From: Clostridium aciditolerans
GTDB lineage: Bacteria; Bacillota; Clostridia; Clostridiales; Clostridiaceae
Length of the DNA: 32,000 bases
Direction of reading: 5' to 3'
NCBI RefSeq assembly: GCF_016316925.1
Contig: NZ_JAEEGB010000035.1
Coordinates: forward strand, 167,063 to 199,062
In this document: piece after piece, positions 26,215-32,000 of the stretch
How the letters are laid out: each line of letters begins with the position of its first letter
How positions within the stretch are numbered: the first letter of the stretch is position 1
Notes under the pieces: model-generated
Database searches by the model: none
What the model was told of the DNA's origin: nothing
What the model saw: only the letters and a program-made list of their open reading frames with translations
Made by a program: the position numbers and the translations under genes

Positions 26215-26545
26215 CTTGGCTTCAGGTGGAGTTTTAAACTCCATCTGAAGCTTATTAACAGGCTTCTTAGTGTCTTTAGCACTTAGAAGGCGTTATCCTT
26301 TAGGGGAAAACGTTATCCAGGGGCGTAGCGCCACTTATCCCCAACTTTATGAAAAGCAGAGAGCCCAAATCTCTGATTTGGTGCGAATCGCTTTCACAGA
26401 GTGCAAGCAGAGAACCCAAATGTTAAGCAGGCATCCAAAATCTATGATTTTGAGATGATCGCTTACACAGCGTGCTGATTTGGTGTGAATCGTTTTCACA
26501 GAGTACGTTGGGGTGTTAGTGGCGGTAGACATCGGATAAATCTAA
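26215..26545 (+). ncRNA. Candidate structured non-coding RNA/leader with nested 51-nt repeat units
   Basis: GC-rich patch in AT-rich DNA with no credible ORF. Hairpins at 26219-26251 and about 26262-26292, and GTTATCC(N)AGGGG repeats. The 51-nt units at 26354-26404 and 26425-26475 are 39/51 identical. A third unit is split (26405-26421 plus 26476-26506) around the second. It ends in motif copy B followed by a terminator. The strand is inferred from the terminator and the downstream gene. Confidence 0.5.
26497..26543 (+). repeat. ~40-nt GC-rich motif, copy B (core TTAGTGGCGGTAGACATCGGATAAA at 26516-26540)
   Basis: See copy A (23823-23862). Confidence 0.6.
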
Positions 26546-26561
26546 GTAGCAATATACCAGC

Positions 26562-26600
26562 ATAGGTCATATTATAAAATAACATGACCTATATTTGCTT
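26562..26600 (+). terminator. Hairpin plus T-rich tail between the structured region and the kinase-like gene
   Basis: Stem ATAGGTCAT (26562-26570) / ATGACCTAT (26584-26592), followed by ATTTGCTTT. Confidence 0.5.
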
Positions 26601-26635
26601 TAATATAGGTAAAATATTTTATGAAAGGAGTTAAG

Positions 26636-27232
26636 ATGAATAAGGAAATATATAAAAATTATGTTAAAAACTTTAATATTAATCTATTAGACTGCAAATT
26701 TCTTGGTAAAGGTCATAATGGTGTAGTTTACCTCCTTCCTAATGGAAAAGTAATTAAAATTTGCTTTGACCCTAAAAGCTGTAGAAAAGAGTACTTAATA
26801 CTTAAGAAAATAAACAAGAATAAACATTTTCCTCGAGTTTATTGTATGCTAGGAAACTATATGATAAGAGACTATGTTGATGGAATAACGCTAACTAATT
26901 ATATAAAGTTAAATGGTTTGAATAGAGAAGTATCAATCAAAATACTTAATTTGTTTGAAGAGTTTAATAAGTTGAGATTTTTAAAAGAAGATGTAAGATG
27001 TAAAGATATTATGGTTCAACCGGATGGTTCTCTAATGGTAATAGACCCTAAAAAATTTTATTCTAAAAAAAGAGATTTTCCTAGACATTTATCTAAGGGG
27101 CTTGACAAACTTGGTGTACTTGATTCTTTTTTATCTGTAGTTAAAGAGGAAAAACCTGATTTATATAAACTGTGGGATAAAAAAATAAATAACTATTTAG
27201 TAGAAAGACAACTAGAATATGCTCGCAAGTAA
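26636..27232 (+). CDS. Small protein-kinase-like fold protein (Kdo/RIO/ePK-like)
   Basis: Gly-rich loop LGKGHNGVVY, the VAIK-like sequence KVIKI, the hinge MIRDYVDGITL, a catalytic-loop analogue EDVRCKDIMV (compare RDLKPENILV) and VIDP in place of DFG. The start is placed at ATG 26636 (AAAGGAG 5 nt upstream) rather than 26621. Confidence 0.65.
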   Translation: MNKEIYKNYVKNFNINLLDCKFLGKGHNGVVYLLPNGKVIKICFDPKSCRKEYLILKKINKNKHFPRVYCMLGNYMIRDYVDGITLTNYIKLNGLNREVSIKILNLFEEFNKLRFLKEDVRCKDIMVQPDGSLMVIDPKKFYSKKRDFPRHLSKGLDKLGVLDSFLSVVKEEKPDLYKLWDKKINNYLVERQLEYARK

Positions 27233-27303
27233 TTACTTATAGAAAATTTTCAAATTACACTGTCTCAAAAATTTAAAATAGATGAATTTTTTTGATTCAA
27301 AAC

Positions 27304-27351
27304 AAATAATTAGGAAGCCATGCATAAGTTTGAATGGCTTCCTAATTATTT
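27304..27351. terminator. 18-bp perfect hairpin between the convergent kinase-like and primase genes (bidirectional terminator)
   Basis: AAATAATTAGGAAGCCAT (27304-27321) / ATGGCTTCCTAATTATTT (27334-27351). Confidence 0.75.
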
Positions 27352-27352
27352 A

Positions 27353-29626
27353 TTATTCTATCATAAAATCCACATCTATGTTATTCTCCTTCAGATTGTC
27401 CACAACTAGAACTGCAGCTCTAAAGGTCTTTTTGGTACCATTAAAAGTATTAGCAACATGAAAACAGGTAGGCTTGTTATAAAACTTACAGTAGCTCATC
27501 TTGCTTATCTGCTTTTTAAAGCTTCCAAGGGTCAGAACCTCTATGTCCAGATTGTGGTCTTTGCAGTACTTTAGAAATCTATCATAGAAAACAGTGTAGT
27601 TTAATCTAAGTACCTTGTCACCATCAGAATCCTTTGTGCAGTCATAGTCAGCACCCCGTACTAGATTGCCATTTGCAGCCATTCTATTGAAGGCTTCAAG
27701 GCTGATATCCACCACACTTTTACTTTTAGTATTATCTTCTAAAAGTTCTTTTATTACAGAAGCTTTAAGTGCAGTTTCTATATCTTTAGAGGAGTAACCA
27801 GAAGCTTCTTTAAAGTTAAGTCCTAAATTTTCAAATATTTCTAAAAGAAGAGCTAATCCTAAAAGAGCATTTGTTATAGATTGTTTTATTCTCTCATTAT
27901 GTATATTGTCCCCAGAGAATTTCTTGAAAAACATATCATAAGTAGCTTTTAGATTTTCTTCACTCATTTTTAATCCTCCCATCAATAAGCTGTTTCCAAG
28001 TTTGGATAATAACAGGCTGTTTTCTTTAAGATTAGTGAAGTGATTTTTAGTATCTTTGTTTAGGTTAGAGGTAGATAAAAATATTTTAAGACTTCTTTCA
28101 ATATTAGCGGTTTCTGTAATACCCATTTCACCGCAGAGGATTACAGAAGAACGGGGTATGAATTCAATATTTTTACCAAGGTTTTGAGTTCCCTTGATAG
28201 TTTTGTGTGCATCATAAGAGTTTCTCATTATATTTGAAATGAGATTAACTCTGTAAGTTCCAATCTTCTTGGGCTTATATTCATCAATAATCAAAGGAAG
28301 AAAATTGCTGCTGCTTGCAAGCTTGGTAAAGGCAAAGTTGGTGCAGGTGCTGGCATCTAGAATGTTTCCTCTATATCCAAGAAGAGGAGCTGCTATATTC
28401 TCTAGAGTCTGGCTCTTTCCACTGCCGCTTTGACCTTCTATTAAAAGATGGTTGTATTTTATTCCAATATGTTCAAGCTTACCCTTTAGGAATAAGCCGC
28501 AAAGATATGGAATTAATGTAGCAGTTACAGATAAATCATTAAAGTTAAAAAGAGAAGGAGCTAGAATTTGTAATTCTTCTTTTGTAATACAGGAAAATTC
28601 TAATAAATTACTGTGAGCTTCCCTGAAATCTTCAAGAACTATGGCGGAAGAATTATGATAAAGCTCCTCACTTACAGCACTATCGTTGTCAACAAAGAAC
28701 CACTTTTTATTTAGTTTATGAAAGCCTTCATAGGATACACCATTTATAATGTTAGTTGTATCTGAGGATATCTTTGCTTTTATATGCTGCAGGTCTGAAT
28801 TTGAACCATTGAAAACTAAGGCAAAACTATTAACTGCTTTTTTAAAGGACAGTGCATCATTAAAATCCTGTGGAGTAAAAGTCCTTTCTACAACATGATT
28901 GCTGTTACACAGTTTTAGTTCACATTTTATCAGCTCTTCATAAAGAGATATAATTATGTATTTAGCTTCTATTATAAAGTTTGTAATAAAGATTTTTCTG
29001 CCTTTGTAGTTCTTGTAATAGCAGCCATCTTCTACATGAATAGGAGAGTTGTAATTTGTATTTTTTTCAATTAAATCTGCTCCTGTTATTAGATTCTCTA
29101 TAAGTTCTGGTGTTACACCATTATTAATCCACTCTGCAATACTCATGTTTTCCTTTAAATCAGGCAAATTAATAATTCCAATGCTTTTGCAGCAGCTTTT
29201 AAAACTGTTATATACAGTTTTGGAATATTGTTTGCTGTGATTACTATTATTCGGGAAGATTATAAGGTTAGCTCTTTTTATTTGCTGAGCATAGTTTTTG
29301 CTGAATTTATTAAAACTTTTAAGGCCACCAAAGGTTGTAGTTGCAGTAAAGCCCATATTCTTTAGTGCATCTGCAGACTTCTCATCTTCCACATATATAA
29401 TAGTTTCATTGTTTTTTATACTTTTTATTACAGATGGGAGCATATAAAGAACTGGCTCTATGCTTTTAAAATCATTGATCCATTCGCCTTTCTTATCTTT
29501 GCTGTAGCATCGAAAGCTTTTCTTTAGGTTTCCGTCTTGTAACCACTTACAGCTTTCGATTTTGTAAACTACAATGCCATCCTCATTTCTGTAATAGTAT
29601 TGTGATATATTTTTGTTATTTACCAT
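27353..29626 (-). CDS. Mobile-element primase-helicase-like protein (Toprim-like N-terminal region plus P-loop NTPase, DUF927/D5-like layout)
   Basis: The N-terminal IIYVEDEKSADALKNMGFTATTTFGG has the Toprim Glu, but the expected DxD position reads IIFPNNSNHS. Walker A EGQSGSGKSQT and Walker B LPLIIDEYKP. Confidence 0.7.
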   Translation of the reverse strand: MVNNKNISQYYYRNEDGIVVYKIESCKWLQDGNLKKSFRCYSKDKKGEWINDFKSIEPVLYMLPSVIKSIKNNETIIYVEDEKSADALKNMGFTATTTFGGLKSFNKFSKNYAQQIKRANLIIFPNNSNHSKQYSKTVYNSFKSCCKSIGIINLPDLKENMSIAEWINNGVTPELIENLITGADLIEKNTNYNSPIHVEDGCYYKNYKGRKIFITNFIIEAKYIIISLYEELIKCELKLCNSNHVVERTFTPQDFNDALSFKKAVNSFALVFNGSNSDLQHIKAKISSDTTNIINGVSYEGFHKLNKKWFFVDNDSAVSEELYHNSSAIVLEDFREAHSNLLEFSCITKEELQILAPSLFNFNDLSVTATLIPYLCGLFLKGKLEHIGIKYNHLLIEGQSGSGKSQTLENIAAPLLGYRGNILDASTCTNFAFTKLASSSNFLPLIIDEYKPKKIGTYRVNLISNIMRNSYDAHKTIKGTQNLGKNIEFIPRSSVILCGEMGITETANIERSLKIFLSTSNLNKDTKNHFTNLKENSLLLSKLGNSLLMGGLKMSEENLKATYDMFFKKFSGDNIHNERIKQSITNALLGLALLLEIFENLGLNFKEASGYSSKDIETALKASVIKELLEDNTKSKSVVDISLEAFNRMAANGNLVRGADYDCTKDSDGDKVLRLNYTVFYDRFLKYCKDHNLDIEVLTLGSFKKQISKMSYCKFYNKPTCFHVANTFNGTKKTFRAAVLVVDNLKENNIDVDFMIE

Positions 29627-29986
29627 GGTAATTCACCGACCTTAGCTTTAGTTTAGATTACACTTAATATATATGTAAAGTTAAAGAAAATGGGAAAGGA
29701 AAAAGTGTTAATGAATTGTAAACATTACAGTATTACAACTTTTATAAAGTAGATAGAGTAGTAATTTTGTTTTTATGATCCCTGGCTTGTACTATAAAAT
29801 ATACATTTTTGTTATTTTGTAATAGTTGTATTTAGTTAATGGAAAAGCTTTATTTTGAAGGGGTAAGAGGATTACAGACTGTTGTAAGTGTGGAGTAATT
29901 GATGTAATGTTTTGATATAACTAAAATAGGAACGGATGTTTGTGTAAAAGCTGAAAATTGGACCAATACTATAGTTAAGTAAAATT

Positions 29987-29995
29987 TGGTATAAT
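29987..29995 (+). promoter_or_regulatory. Extended -10 promoter element TGGTATAAT upstream of the integrase-like gene
   Basis: TGnTATAAT at 29987-29995, about 50 nt upstream of ATG 30044. No good -35 hexamer. Confidence 0.4.
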
Positions 29996-30043
29996 TAAAC
30001 TAAAAGAATATTTTAATATGAGATTTAATGATGTGAGGAAATA

Positions 30044-31405
30044 ATGAGTTTAATAATTAAGTATAATAGTTATTTATTGAAACAGGGATATAGTGATAAT
30101 ACTCAAAACTTATATATATACTACCTTAAGAAATTTATGTATTGGCATCAGAAAGAAATGAAAAGGTCTTTGGATCATATTAAGCTGGAGAAAAGTACAG
30201 TGACACAATATATACAATATTTATCATCAAAGTATAGTACAAGCTCTGTGAATAGCCATATTAAATTTATAGTAGCATATAATAAATTTCTTATAAATGA
30301 AGGAATACAAGAAACTATGGTTGCTGCTAATAATCTAATAATAGAAATTCCTAAGAAAAAGGTTGAAAAGATAAAAATAAATGAAAGAGATGTTGAAGCT
30401 TTACTTATGGAAGTTTGTTCAAATGACAGTATTAAAAATTCTACAATTCTCTGTCTCATAGCTTATGCAGGCTTAAGGACTAGCGAAGTAGTTGAACTTC
30501 AGTTAAAACATATAGATTTTGATAATAGAAAAATTCATATCAGTGGCAAATATACAAGAGATATACCAATGAATTCATCAGTAGAAAATTCTTTGAAATT
30601 ATATTTAAAAGATGAAGAGATAATAAAAGATTATTTATTTATAAATGAAAGAAATATAAAATACACTAGTGCAGGAATACACTGGATACTTAGAAAGAAT
30701 CTTTCTGACTTTAATATAACCATAAATACTTTGAGAAACTTTTATATGTCAAAACTTAAATCTCAAGGATACAGCGAAAAAGAAATAGATGAGATATGCG
30801 GCTACTCAACTAAAAAGAAGGACTATACAAATAAAAAAATAAAAGAAATGCTTACAGTTAAACAGTTTGCAGAATTAGTTGAAGTAACTCCTGCAACTAT
30901 AGTTAAATGGTGTAATGATAATAAAATTAAAAGTTATAAAGACTATTGGGGACACAGACGAATACCTAGCTTAGAAGCGGAAAGATTAAAAAATGAAAAT
31001 AAATGTCTAGTAGATAAAAAATACATAGAGAATTTTTTAGAAGATTTATTATCAAAGGGAAAAATTAAAGTATCAATAATTCTAATGCTTATAGCTTATG
31101 CTGGATTTAATGAAATTGAAATCTTGGATATTAAAAGAGAGAATGTAAACATAGATAAAAAAGTTATTATAATTGAAGACGGCAAAGAAGTATATATACC
31201 TCAACCTATAATTGAACCTTTAATTCAGTATTTAAGGGAAGTTCCTAGTAATCAAAAGTATTTATTTGTGAATAAATTCGGGGAAAAACATGTAAAACAT
31301 AATATTAAAGATTTATTAAGAGGAAATTGCAAGGATACTAATATAACTTTATTAGTTTTAAAGAAATTTTATCGGTTAAATCTCAGTTATAATAATAGAG
31401 GTTAA
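30044..31405 (+). CDS. Atypical tyrosine-recombinase-like protein: SAM-like N-domain, a partly degenerate catalytic domain, an excisionase/MerR-type HTH and a second degenerate catalytic-like repeat
   Basis: Module 1: LIAYAGLRTSEV (Arg kept), TLRNFYMS (Arg kept; the His usually 3 residues before it is Asn) and CGYS...DYT (His to Tyr). HTH: LTVKQFAELVEVTPATIVKWCNDNKI. Module 2: LIAYAGFNEIEI (Arg lost) and LKKFYRL (Arg to Lys), with no terminal Tyr motif. Confidence 0.65.
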   Translation: MSLIIKYNSYLLKQGYSDNTQNLYIYYLKKFMYWHQKEMKRSLDHIKLEKSTVTQYIQYLSSKYSTSSVNSHIKFIVAYNKFLINEGIQETMVAANNLIIEIPKKKVEKIKINERDVEALLMEVCSNDSIKNSTILCLIAYAGLRTSEVVELQLKHIDFDNRKIHISGKYTRDIPMNSSVENSLKLYLKDEEIIKDYLFINERNIKYTSAGIHWILRKNLSDFNITINTLRNFYMSKLKSQGYSEKEIDEICGYSTKKKDYTNKKIKEMLTVKQFAELVEVTPATIVKWCNDNKIKSYKDYWGHRRIPSLEAERLKNENKCLVDKKYIENFLEDLLSKGKIKVSIILMLIAYAGFNEIEILDIKRENVNIDKKVIIIEDGKEVYIPQPIIEPLIQYLREVPSNQKYLFVNKFGEKHVKHNIKDLLRGNCKDTNITLLVLKKFYRLNLSYNNRG

Positions 31406-31736
31406 AAAGATAGCATGGCGGATTGTCGAAGGTGGCATCTGCCTTTTTATTTGGCACGAAAATTTTTTATTGTTTACAATAGTAATATTATGTCAACTAA
31501 ACTCTAAAGTAAACTAGCTAATTGTGAAAATCTTAAAAAGTGCGTTCTACATAATATTTATGTTTATGTTGATGGAGAAATAGTAGACATTAATGATTTG
31601 ATACATTATTATAGACAATATAAGATGTAAATACTGGTAGGTCTATACTTAAGCTGAAAACAGTTGCTAATATCCTTAGAATAAGCAACGAAGCAGAATG
31701 TAGTATGACAAATATACAATAAAGTGAGTGGAAGAT

Positions 31737-32000
31737 ATGGATGAATTAAAGAAAGCATTAAGCGAAATAATACAAGAAGAAATTATAAAAGTGGTTATCA
31801 GTAATAAAGAGAATAAAGACGTTAAATATAACAAAATAACCTTTACTGCTAAGGAGAACAAGGGTAAGCAATATTATCAGATAGAAAAATTCACTGATAA
31901 ACAAGTTTTTCATGAAAATATTGAAGCAAATATATTAGAAGAAAAACTAATTGAGTATTTACAGGGAAACTTCAAGCAGCTTTCTGCTTGGTCTAATATA
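31737..32000 (+). CDS. N-terminal part of a conserved hypothetical protein (runs off the window)
   Basis: ATG at 31737 is preceded by AGTGAGTGGAAG. The frame stays open for 88 codons to the window end (MDELKKALSEIIQEEIIKVVISNKENKDVKYNKITF...). The listed antisense ORF 31676..31861 is its shadow. Confidence 0.6.
   Translation, partial: MDELKKALSEIIQEEIIKVVISNKENKDVKYNKITFTAKENKGKQYYQIEKFTDKQVFHENIEANILEEKLIEYLQGNFKQLSAWSNI

Noticed and set aside
26215-26545. Assignment of the structured region to a known riboswitch/T-box/retron ncRNA class
   Set aside because: There is no T-box sequence (GGGTGGTACCGCG-like), and none of the aptamer core signatures I can recall is present. There is no reverse transcriptase in the window for a retron, despite the nearby RNase H gene. 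It is kept only as an unclassified candidate.
29627-30043. TGTAA-type iterons as a replication origin of the element
   Set aside because: The pentamer is short, irregularly spaced and expected to occur often at this base composition. It is mentioned only as a note within the element finding.
666-31861. Short ORFs lying antisense to, or out of frame within, larger genes or structured RNA: 666..896, 4217..4405, 6202..6384, 6237..6419, 7001..7225, 8936..9157, 8976..9182, 10321..10539, 11250..11543, 12805..13167, 13775..14110, 14135..14548, 14139..14378, 18057..18530, 19845..20225, 20406..20675, 21081..21263, 23102..23305, 23218..23403, 26270..26458, 26347..26532, 30175..30459, 31676..31861
   Set aside because: All are shadows of well-supported genes or of structured RNA. 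They have low-complexity F/L/I/S-rich translations typical of the antisense of AT-rich coding DNA, and they lack RBSs.
1-32000. CRISPR arrays, tRNA, rRNA and tmRNA genes
   Set aside because: I found no regularly spaced direct repeats with unique spacers, no tRNA-like T-arm (GGTTCGAATCC-type) motifs, and no rRNA or tmRNA signatures on either strand by eye.

Overview
Strongly AT-rich, Clostridium-like (Firmicutes) chromosomal window that reads as a mosaic defence/mobile island. GC content was judged by eye, not computed.

Left third: a tightly coupled dndB-C-D-E-A DNA phosphorothioation operon on the minus strand, with no recognisable dndFGH, pbeABCD or sspE-type restriction partner. It is flanked by a protein with two HEPN-like motifs, an unknown Cys/His protein plus a 4-TM protein, a broken SF1 helicase-nuclease gene and a GHKL ATPase.

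Middle: a ~6.5-kb mosaic block bracketed by ~510-bp direct repeats (~96% identical by hand count). It holds a P-loop/TPR STAND-like ATPase and an ATP-grasp ligase that converge and overlap, a Xer-type tyrosine recombinase, Rpn-family nuclease debris and the housekeeping SRP RNA gene. The two convergent genes carry an identical 26-nt leader/RBS in inverted orientation. That repeat has a dif-like palindromic core 15 nt from the recombinase gene. This is my best candidate for an undescribed system: an invertible, translationally gated two-gene switch.

Right third: an intact Rpn nuclease, a MazG-like pyrophosphatase, barnase/barstar, a two-gene cassette (unknown 292-aa protein plus an RNase HI fusion), and a GC-rich, repeat-structured non-coding region in front of a small kinase-like gene. 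It ends with part of an integrative element (Toprim-like/P-loop primase-helicase and a degenerate double integrase-like protein).

No CRISPR array, tRNA or rRNA was seen. All family assignments come from motifs read by eye; no database search was possible.
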